The translations under genes were made by a program, and so were the position numbers. Positions 10,042 to 17,207 of a stretch of DNA of 64,000 nt are shown piece after piece (the stretch's first letter is position 1; each line of letters opens with the position of its first letter). The stretch comes from an uncultured Citromicrobium sp. (GTDB lineage Bacteria; Pseudomonadota; Alphaproteobacteria; Sphingomonadales; Sphingomonadaceae), in NCBI GenBank assembly GCA_964574905.1, contig CAZNOY010000013.1, positions 1,936 through 65,935 on the forward strand, in the 5' to 3' direction. The notes beneath the pieces were generated by a model. That model saw nothing but the letters and a program-made list of their open reading frames with translations. It searched no databases and was not told the DNA's origin.

Positions 10042-10334
10042 TAGAGGCTCGCAATGATAGAGTTCAGGATGATGAGGAAGATCTGCAAGCCGATGATCAG
10101 TACCAGCGGCGAGAAGTCGATCGCCCCTGTCTGCGGCAGCATGTTGCGAATCGGGCGCAGGATCGGATCGAGCAGCGAATTGATCGAGCGATAGATCGCC
10201 AGCACGAAATCGTTTCCTCGACTGACGACGTTGAACGCGAGCAGCAGGCCGATCACGAATTGCACGATGATCAGCATCACGAACACGTTCACGATCAGGC
10301 CTACGATGTCTCTGATTGCGAATAGGGCTTGCAT
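10038..10334 (-). CDS. YggT family membrane protein
   Basis: 98 aa, two hydrophobic hairpins, YggT-like pattern. Confidence 0.7.
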   Translation of the reverse strand: MQALFAIRDIVGLIVNVFVMLIIVQFVIGLLLAFNVVSRGNDFVLAIYRSINSLLDPILRPIRNMLPQTGAIDFSPLVLIIGLQIFLIILNSIIASLY

Positions 10335-10409
10335 GGTGGCCCGGTCTCCTGAAGTTTCGATTGGGCGTCTTAGGAGAGTAAGACGCCTCTGGGCAAAGGC
10401 AAGGTCGCC

Positions 10410-11342
10410 CTAGCCGTTTTCGCGCGCCCTGACGAGGGAACCGGCGCCGCTGGCGGTGAAGAACTCGAGCAGCATGGCGTGCGGCACCCGCCCGTCGAGG
10501 ATGACCGCCGCCTCGCACCCTTCGCGCGTCGCGGCGAGGCAGGTCTCCAGCTTGGGGATCATCCCGCCGGTAATCACCCCCTGCGCCCGCAGCGCCGCGA
10601 TCTTCGCTTCGTCCAGCTCGGTAACCAGCCGCCCCTCGCCGTCGAGCACCCCTGCCACGTCCGTCAGCAGCAGCAGCCTTGCCGCGCCCATCGCGCCGGC
10701 AATCGCGCCGGCCATGGTGTCGGCATTGATGTTGAACGTCTCGCCATTCTCGCCCGCGGCGATCGGCGCGATCACCGGGATGAGGCCGCTGGCGGTGGCC
10801 ATTTCGATCACTTCGGGATCGATCGTCTCGGGCTCGCCTACGAAGCCCAGGTCGACCAGCTGTTCGATCGCGCTGTCTTCGACGCGGGTTTCGCGGGTGA
10901 CCTTGCGCGCTTTCACCAGCCCGGCATCCTTGCCCGACAGGCCCAGCGCGCGGCCCCCGGCGGCGTGGATCGCGGCGACGATCTGCTTGTTGATCGCGCC
11001 CGAGAGCACCATCTCGGCGATCTCCACCGTCGCCTCGTCGGTCACGCGCAGGCCGTCGACGAAGCGGCTTTCGACCCCCACCCGCTCCAGCATCGCGCCG
11101 ATCTGCGGGCCGCCTCCATGGACGACGACGGGGTTGATGCCGACCGCTTTCAGCAGAACCACGTCCTGCGCGAAGCTGGCGGCGGCGGTGGTGTCGCCCA
11201 TCGCGTGTCCGCCGTATTTCACCACGAAGGTGCGCCCGGCGTAGCGGCGCAGGAAGGGCAGCGCCTCGATCAGGACGCTGGCCTTGGCACCGGCGTCGAG
11301 GCCGGCTTCGTCGGAGGTGGCGGTTTGCGGGGTCTCGCTCAT
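10410..11342 (-). CDS. argB: acetylglutamate kinase
   Basis: [33 protein letters not shown]-type motifs. Confidence 0.92.
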   Translation of the reverse strand: MSETPQTATSDEAGLDAGAKASVLIEALPFLRRYAGRTFVVKYGGHAMGDTTAAASFAQDVVLLKAVGINPVVVHGGGPQIGAMLERVGVESRFVDGLRVTDEATVEIAEMVLSGAINKQIVAAIHAAGGRALGLSGKDAGLVKARKVTRETRVEDSAIEQLVDLGFVGEPETIDPEVIEMATASGLIPVIAPIAAGENGETFNINADTMAGAIAGAMGAARLLLLTDVAGVLDGEGRLVTELDEAKIAALRAQGVITGGMIPKLETCLAATREGCEAAVILDGRVPHAMLLEFFTASGAGSLVRARENG

Positions 11343-11411
11343 GGCCCGCGCGCTACCGCGTGCGGAGCGGTTTGGGAAGGCGCGACGCGCGCCGCGCCTT
11401 CCGGAATTGCG

Positions 11412-11678
11412 CTATTCGTCGGGCGTGGGTTCGGCGCTCGACATGGGTTCGGGCTGCGCGGTCGCCTCGCCCGCCCCTTCTGTCGGCGCGTTGGTCATCG
11501 CGGTGTCGGGCAGTTCGACCGGGACGGCATCGGGGTCCTCCTCGGTCACGATCAGATCGCCGCCACCCTGGTCGACGGCATCGGCCTCGTAGGTCTTGTC
11601 CTCGTCGGACTGGGTGCAGGCGGCAAGGCCGAGCACGGCGGCAAGCGGCAGGGCGAGTACGGCGGTTCTGGTCATCAC
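11412..11678 (-). CDS. small acidic lipoprotein
   Basis: Lipobox (LGLAAC) followed by a D/E/P/T-rich low-complexity tail. 88 aa. Confidence 0.55.
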   Translation of the reverse strand: MMTRTAVLALPLAAVLGLAACTQSDEDKTYEADAVDQGGGDLIVTEEDPDAVPVELPDTAMTNAPTEGAGEATAQPEPMSSAEPTPDE

Positions 11679-11771
11679 AGCGGTTCTCCTGATCTGAGGC
11701 TGCTACCCGAACAAGGCACGAGCACGCGCCCCGGTTCCGACAGGAGACTCGCGCAGCAGCGCACCGGGTCG

Positions 11772-11813
11772 GCTTGCCTGACACACCTGACACACAGTCC
11801 TAAGGTCAAAAAC
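11772..11813 (+). repeat. 42-nt intergenic motif, copy 2
   Basis: gcttgcctgacacacctgacacacagtcctaaggtcaaaaac. It lies 210 nt upstream of the 12023 start on the same strand. Confidence 0.7.
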
Positions 11814-12022
11814 CCTCCCCCCGGATCGCCCCCTCCGCAGGGCACGAAAGCCGTGCCATACGCAGGCGCGCGCACTCGGGGCGATGGACGGAGGCGGGAC
11901 AGGCGGCATCCCGCCAGCATAGCATTGCACGCGGCCTGTAGGACAGCGCGCGGGCGGGCAAGCCTTGCCCGTGCCGGCCCGCGGGCTATGTTTGCCCGAG
12001 GGATTTCGAGGGGAGAGACGCG

Positions 12023-12535
12023 ATGGGCGAGCGTGAGGGTGAGACTGCACCGGGCGGAGAATACCTCGCGCATCCCTCGGGCACGCATCCTTCGGGCGCG
12101 GAGGCGACCGGCGTCACGCTGTACCGCCCGATCTTCGTCTCGGTGCTCTACCTGCTCAACCTCGTCACCGGCTTTACCGTGCTGATCGGCCTGATCCTGG
12201 CCTATGTCTGGCGCAATGACGGGGCGACGACCGAGTGGGAGGAGACGCACTTCACCTACCTCATCCGCACCTTCTGGATCGGCTTCTGGGTCGCGATCGT
12301 CGCGGGCGTGCTGCTGCTTTTCGGGGGCATCGCCCTGTCGATGGAGATTCCGCTGGCGGAAAATCTCGGCCCGGACGAGCACGGCAAGGCACCGCTGCCG
12401 ATCATCGCCGCGCTGCTGGTCGCGATGCTGCTCGGCTTCCTGATGTTCCTCTGGTTCTGCGTACGCAGCATCCTCTCGCTCGCCAATGCGGCCAACCGGC
12501 GGCCGATGCCCAGCCCGAAAACATGGCTGTTTTGA
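12023..12535 (+). CDS. hypothetical integral membrane protein
   Basis: Four hydrophobic segments, G/C-rich third codon positions. No family confidently recognised. Confidence 0.6.
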   Translation: MGEREGETAPGGEYLAHPSGTHPSGAEATGVTLYRPIFVSVLYLLNLVTGFTVLIGLILAYVWRNDGATTEWEETHFTYLIRTFWIGFWVAIVAGVLLLFGGIALSMEIPLAENLGPDEHGKAPLPIIAALLVAMLLGFLMFLWFCVRSILSLANAANRRPMPSPKTWLF

Positions 12536-12603
12536 GGGGGATAGCGATGCGTTAAGGATCGCCCTTCATCGCTTCTTGAGACCTTTCCCGCGATGGCGGA
12601 GCG

Positions 12604-13203
12604 ATGGGCGCTCCTGTCCCCTTTCGCCGGCCTTCCCCCCGCGCCGCCGCGCATCGCGGCCCCGCGGCGCGCAGAGCCGCGCCTGCCCATCGGTCGGAAA
12701 CTTCCTCGTGGACGGACGCGGCGCGCAGCCTCGGGCTGGTGCTGGTGGCGGCGCCACTGGCGGTGTTCAGCGCCGTCCTGCTCGTCGATGGCGTGCCCAC
12801 GGTGCGCGCCTCCGCCGACAGCGCGCAGGCTCCCGCGCAGGGTCGGCTGGTCGAGGCGCGGTTCGGCCCTTGCATCGGCGGCGAGCGGCACACCTGCGTG
12901 GTCGATGGCGACACGATCTGGCTGCACGACCAGAAGATCCGCATCGCGGACATAAACGCGCCCGAAATCTTCGAACCGAAATGCGAGAGCGAGCGTGCAG
13001 TCGGCATGCGCGCGACCGAGCGGCTGACGCAGTGGCTCAACGCCGCTCCCTTCGAAGTCCACCCCAACCCCGACGGCCGCGACGAGGACCGCTACGGCCG
13101 CAAGCTGCGCGTCCTCTCGCGCGGCGGATCGAGCGCGGTCGAGGTGCTGGTGGCAGAGGGTCTGGCGACGCGCTGGGGCGAGCCGCGACGGGCGTGGTGT
13201 TGA
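12604..13203 (+). CDS. thermonuclease (staphylococcal nuclease-like) family protein, membrane-anchored
   Basis: VVDGDTIWL...IRIADINAPE...RYGRKLRV...LVAEGLA, preceded by a transmembrane segment. The start codon is uncertain. Confidence 0.75.
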   Translation: MGAPVPFRRPSPRAAAHRGPAARRAAPAHRSETSSWTDAARSLGLVLVAAPLAVFSAVLLVDGVPTVRASADSAQAPAQGRLVEARFGPCIGGERHTCVVDGDTIWLHDQKIRIADINAPEIFEPKCESERAVGMRATERLTQWLNAAPFEVHPNPDGRDEDRYGRKLRVLSRGGSSAVEVLVAEGLATRWGEPRRAWC

Positions 13204-13209
13204 GGGGCC

Positions 13210-13476
13210 TCAGGCAGCCGCCGCAGAATTCAGCTTTCCGGAGGAGGCCAGCTCCTCGTGCAGCGAGCCAGCCGAAAGTTCGAGCCCATTGGGCCAAGCA
13301 AGCGCTCCGAAACTGATGAAGGCGCGCGCAAAGTAACTTTTGTCGGCAAGCGGCTCGGTCAAAACCGTTTTCGCCTTCAGGAGGTCTTCGCCGAACCACT
13401 CCCCGTGACTGCCATCGGAAAAGGCGAGCGACAGGCTGTGCGGCCCGCTCGGTTCGACATGGGTTAGCTTAATCAT
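13210..13476 (-). CDS. DUF2442 domain protein
   Basis: MIKLTHVEP...LSLAFSDG...GALAWPNGLELS pattern. The ATG overlaps the upstream gene's stop by 8 nt (ATGATTAA). Confidence 0.75.
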   Translation of the reverse strand: MIKLTHVEPSGPHSLSLAFSDGSHGEWFGEDLLKAKTVLTEPLADKSYFARAFISFGALAWPNGLELSAGSLHEELASSGKLNSAAAA

Positions 13477-13738
13477 CCTGATCGGCTCCGGGTATCTGCT
13501 CCAGAGGTAGCAGCGCTTCGGCCCGTTTCCAATTCTCAACGAGTTCGGCGGAGTGGCTCGCGACCCAATCCTGCACCAGCCGGAGCGCCTTGGGTGGAAG
13601 CTTGCCTTGCAACACCCGCCCGTCGTCGAGCGCGATCAGCGCTTCGAACCCTTGGTAGATGGCATGAATATGCGGCGGCCCGTGATCGCGATGATACATC
13701 CGGATAAGGATGCCGAAGAAGGCCGAGATTGTGGGCAT
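13469..13738 (-). CDS. DUF4160 domain protein
   Basis: MPTISAFFGILIRMYHRDHGPPHIHAIYQGFEA...LPPKALRLVQDWV...ELVENW is the canonical DUF4160 pattern. Confidence 0.8.
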   Translation of the reverse strand: MPTISAFFGILIRMYHRDHGPPHIHAIYQGFEALIALDDGRVLQGKLPPKALRLVQDWVASHSAELVENWKRAEALLPLEQIPGADQDD

Positions 13739-13784
13739 GGAGCAAATCTAGAGCGCGCCGGAATAATCGGCAAGCAAAGGGCGA

Positions 13785-14096
13785 TCAGCGCCCGCGATAA
13801 GGCTCGCAAGCGACACCATCGCCATCGCGGTCGAGATGCGGACCATACCCCGGCTCGCCATACCGGATCGGCGCGGCGCCTGCCGCGCGGGCGGCAGCGC
13901 AATTCCTGTAGGATGCGATGGCGCCGACTTCCTGCCGCATCGACTGCTCGCCCCACCGCCGATCGAAAGCGGCCTGCGGATCGACCACATCTTCCTTTGC
14001 GGAAGACCACGGCAGATTGTCGGGCATCCCGAATTTCGCGACCCCAACCACACCGAGCAGGGCGACGGTGAAGAAAACTTCCAGCAGGCGTCTCAT
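13785..14096 (-). CDS. Excalibur calcium-binding domain protein, N-terminally anchored
   Basis: C-terminal DRDGDGVACE motif preceded by NCAAARAAGAAPI. N-terminal transmembrane segment. Confidence 0.75.
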   Translation of the reverse strand: MRRLLEVFFTVALLGVVGVAKFGMPDNLPWSSAKEDVVDPQAAFDRRWGEQSMRQEVGAIASYRNCAAARAAGAAPIRYGEPGYGPHLDRDGDGVACEPYRGR

Positions 14097-14143
14097 GCGC
14101 GGGAGCGTACACGCGGTTAGTGAGCGGAAAGTGCGCCGGTATA

Positions 14144-14257
14144 GTGAACGCGGCGCATCGGCAGGCGATCAAGCGAAGGGCAATCGAACTGCTCAAAAAG
14201 CTCGGGCGGAACGACCCGTGCCCGTGCGGTTCGGGATGAGATTTCAAGCGCTGCTGC
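14144..14257 (+). pseudogene. relic of a SEC-C motif protein C-terminus with an in-frame TGA
   Basis: The frame reads ...ELLKKLGRNDPCPCGSG*DFKRCC. This fits CPCGSGxK[FY]KxCC, with TGA (14237-14239) at an x position. No protein body lies upstream. Confidence 0.45.
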
Positions 14258-14396
14258 CTGCGCTTCGGGCGCCATAATGGGGCCGGGCGGCGGGACTATT
14301 GGCGGTGAATGGTGAAGCGCTCCGGGCGGAGCGAGAGGTTCGCCCGGGTGGATCAACTGGGCGTTCTTGCAGGCTATTTTGAACGGCCGATGTAAA

Positions 14397-15212
14397 TTAA
14401 AAACTGATTTCCCTGTGAATTGTGACCGGGCTCAGGCCATAAACGTCAGCGGGACGACCAAATAAGCCGACAAAGGGTATGATGATCTGGGCGATAATGG
14501 TTGTGGAGCCGGAGAGAATTTTTTTCTCGCCGAACTTATCCAACTCGCCTCCTCCCAGTGTTACATAGTCGCCGGGCAGGGCGTCGACAATTCCGCCCAC
14601 ATGCCAATGGCCACCTATTTCAACTGGGAACTTCAGAGGTATATCGAGATCCTGTATCTGAAGAAATTCCCGCTTCACGTTAAACCAAAACACATGCTCT
14701 TCAGAAAAAAGGACGAAAATCACACCCAATGGCAGCGCTTGCGTGAATTTTATTATAATATCGGCAAGGCGCTTCCGCTCTTCCTTTTGAACTTTAGCAC
14801 TCCGCTCTTTATCAGAAGCTTCGAGCCCTTCGGCGATTTGATCAATGATCGCTTCACTTTGCAGAAGATCATTGAAAAGCTTTTGATCTACCGCAACCAG
14901 CTTGCCAGTCGCCATGATAAGTTGACCGTAATCCAACTCGCGCTGCTCAGATGCGGTCGACTTTTCTTCGACTAGCCCAACGAACTTTGTTGAATTGATC
15001 CAAAGCGGGTCGTACTCCTCGCGGAGCTGTCGATTCAGATCTGTACTTCCCAACCTTTGGCCGCTGACGGGACCGAGAGACCCCTTTACAGCACCTTCAG
15101 ACGACTTGGATTTCCCCGAAATCCGTTCGTAGCCGGTCAGTGCCCCTACCCCTTCGATTTGAGAAACCAGCGCCGCGACTCTTTCATGGTCCGCATAAAG
15201 GAAGTCGATCAT
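14397..15212 (-). CDS. orphan hypothetical protein (271 aa) in an AT-rich islet
   Basis: Clean ORF, 26 nt downstream of the nrdB stop on the same strand. Sampled 60-nt lines give 37-48% GC, against about 67% in nrdB. No catalytic motif recognised. Confidence 0.7.
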   Translation of the reverse strand: MIDFLYADHERVAALVSQIEGVGALTGYERISGKSKSSEGAVKGSLGPVSGQRLGSTDLNRQLREEYDPLWINSTKFVGLVEEKSTASEQRELDYGQLIMATGKLVAVDQKLFNDLLQSEAIIDQIAEGLEASDKERSAKVQKEERKRLADIIIKFTQALPLGVIFVLFSEEHVFWFNVKREFLQIQDLDIPLKFPVEIGGHWHVGGIVDALPGDYVTLGGGELDKFGEKKILSGSTTIIAQIIIPFVGLFGRPADVYGLSPVTIHREISF

Positions 15213-15238
15213 ATGGCCCTCTACTTGGACTAAGGGTC

Positions 15239-16312
15239 CTACTCCGCCGCTTCTGGCTGGCTACTCCCCCCAGCATCATCGCCGAACAGCCCCGGGCCGT
15301 CGTCCTCGGTGCCGTCCACCTCGTTCGCGGCCTTGGCCTTGGTGCGTTTGTCGAAGGTGCTCCACACCGTGTTCCAGTCGCCCTTGGTGGCGCCCTTGGA
15401 ATATTCGGTGGCGCGCTGTTCGAAGAAGTTGGCGTGCTCCACGCCGTTGAGCAGCGGGGTCAGCCACGGCAGCGGGTGATCGTCGATCATGTAGATCGGC
15501 TGCAGGCCCAGCTGACCCAGCCGCCAGTCCGCGATGTAGCGGATGTACTTCTTGATCTCCTTCGCGGTCATCCCGGAAACCGGGCCCATTTCGAAGGCGA
15601 GGTCGATGAAGTTGTCTTCCAGCCGCACCGACTTCTGGCAGATGTCGATGATGTCTTCCTTCACCGCCTTGGTGTAGCAGTCGCGCTCGCGCACGAATTC
15701 GTGGAACAGCCGCACGATGCCTTCGCAGTGGAGGCTTTCGTCGCGGACCGACCAGCTGACGATCTGGCCCATGCCCTTCATCTTGTTGAAGCGCGGGAAG
15801 TTCATCAGCATGGCGAAGCTGGCGAACAGCTGCATGCCTTCGGTGAAGCCGCCGAACGCCGCGAGCGTACGGGCGATATCCTCGTCCGTGTCGACGCCGA
15901 ACAGCTGCAGGTAATCGTGCTTGTCCTTCATCTCCTCGTATTCGAGGAACATGCCGTATTCGCTTTCGGGCATGCCGATCGTGTCGAGCAGGTGGCTGTA
16001 GGCCGCGATGTGGATCGTCTCCATGTTGGAGAACGCGGCCAGCATCATCTTGATCTCGGTCGGCTTGAACACGCGGCCGTATTTTTCGTGGTAGCAGTCC
16101 TGCACCTCGACATCGGCCTGGGTGAAGAAGCGGAAGATCTGGGTGAGCAGGTTGCGCTCGTGATCGGAAAGCTTCTGCGCCCAGTCGCGGCAATCCTCAC
16201 CCAAGGGCACTTCCTCGGGCATCCAGTGAACCTGCTGCTGTCGCTTCCAGAAGTCGTACGCCCACGGATATTCGAAGGGCTTGTAGGTCTTGCGGGCTTC
16301 GAGCAGCGACAT
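15239..16312 (-). CDS. nrdB: ribonucleoside-diphosphate reductase beta subunit (class I)
   Basis: YKPFEYPWAYDFWKRQQQVHWMPEEV, iron-ligand-type EAVHSE-like regions, 357 aa from the internal ATG 16312. Confidence 0.9.
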   Translation of the reverse strand: MSLLEARKTYKPFEYPWAYDFWKRQQQVHWMPEEVPLGEDCRDWAQKLSDHERNLLTQIFRFFTQADVEVQDCYHEKYGRVFKPTEIKMMLAAFSNMETIHIAAYSHLLDTIGMPESEYGMFLEYEEMKDKHDYLQLFGVDTDEDIARTLAAFGGFTEGMQLFASFAMLMNFPRFNKMKGMGQIVSWSVRDESLHCEGIVRLFHEFVRERDCYTKAVKEDIIDICQKSVRLEDNFIDLAFEMGPVSGMTAKEIKKYIRYIADWRLGQLGLQPIYMIDDHPLPWLTPLLNGVEHANFFEQRATEYSKGATKGDWNTVWSTFDKRTKAKAANEVDGTEDDGPGLFGDDAGGSSQPEAAE

Positions 16313-16378
16313 TGGTGTTCTCCGGGGCGCGGGGGCCTTCTTCGGTGGTTGCGATCTTGCAGGGTCTGCCAACATAAG

Positions 16379-16396
16379 GAATCACAGCGGTGATTC
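16379..16396. promoter_or_regulatory. perfect 7-4-7 palindrome GAATCAC-AGCG-GTGATTC upstream of nrdB (candidate operator)
   Basis: Perfect inverted repeat read directly, 67 nt upstream of the nrdB ATG. Confidence 0.4.
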
Positions 16397-16467
16397 GATA
16401 GCAAGAGCTGCGAATGGGTCGGGGATAAGCGGTGCGGGCGCTACCGCCTTTGGGCCGGGGGCCGCAG

Positions 16468-16578
16468 CTAGCCGGGCAATCCGCCGATCGACAAGGCGAC
16501 GACCATCACGACAATCACGATTCCGAGACCGATCGCCGCACCGCGGCTCGCCGCAGCCTCCCTAAAGAAGGCGCGCAT
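16468..16578 (-). CDS. possible 36-aa membrane peptide
   Basis: MRAFFREAAASRGAAIGLGIVIVVMVVALSIGGLPG. GGGG lies 6 nt upstream of the ATG. Third codon positions are mostly G/C. Confidence 0.3.
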   Translation of the reverse strand: MRAFFREAAASRGAAIGLGIVIVVMVVALSIGGLPG

Positions 16579-16707
16579 ATCACCCCGCCGACATGCAGGA
16601 TCGTATCCCCTCCCATAATCAACCGGATGGCCCAGCCCCGCACGGCTCGCAAGCGCGAACAACGCCAGGATTGGCGCGCCAGCCGTGGCCGGGCAACGAC
16701 GAACCGC

Positions 16708-16733
16708 GGAACGAAAGCGACGCGCCAGCCGTT
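16708..16733 (+). promoter_or_regulatory. EcfG-type (general stress response) promoter, GGAAC-N17-CGTT
   Basis: GGAAC at 16708-16712, a 17-nt spacer, then CGTT at 16730-16733. It ends 61 nt upstream of the DUF2171 start. Confidence 0.6.
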
Positions 16734-16793
16734 GGTTTATTGAAAGGCGAGCCGACACAGGCCGCTGAAAACGCAGAAGAATTGGAGCATTTT

Positions 16794-17036
16794 ATGTTCG
16801 AGAAGATCCGCATCAAGGAACACATGGAAATCGTCGATACGACCGGCCAGCACGTCGGCACGGTGGACGAAGTCGAAGACGAGCGCATCAAGCTGACCAA
16901 GTCGGATGCGATGGACGACCAGCACCACTTCATCGCGCTCGACGCGGTGGACAAGCTGGACGACAACCGCGTCGTCCTCAAGGAAGGGACGCCGCTGCCC
17001 GTTGGCCTCGGCAACAAGGCCACCGCGCCCGCCTGA
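16794..17036 (+). CDS. DUF2171 domain protein
   Basis: MFEKIRIKEHMEIVDTTGQHVGTVDEVEDERIKL... is the typical DUF2171 N-terminus. 80 aa. Confidence 0.75.
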   Translation: MFEKIRIKEHMEIVDTTGQHVGTVDEVEDERIKLTKSDAMDDQHHFIALDAVDKLDDNRVVLKEGTPLPVGLGNKATAPA

Positions 17037-17102
17037 CCCCTTACCCGCCTGACACCGACCGGCCTGACACCGGCCGGAAGGTTCATTCACGAAGCCCTCG
17101 CT

Positions 17103-17130
17103 CCCCGCCGGAGCGGGGGCTTTGTCTTTG
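17103..17130 (+). terminator. intrinsic terminator after the DUF2171 gene
   Basis: Stem CCCCGC/GCGGGG with loop CGGA, followed by GCTTTGTCTTTG. Confidence 0.55.
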
Positions 17131-17207
17131 GGGCCGCCAGCTGGCGGGCAAGGCGCTTGCGCGCGATGCGAGATTTCGTGTAACACTGTCTCATTGGGGG
17201 ATGAGCA

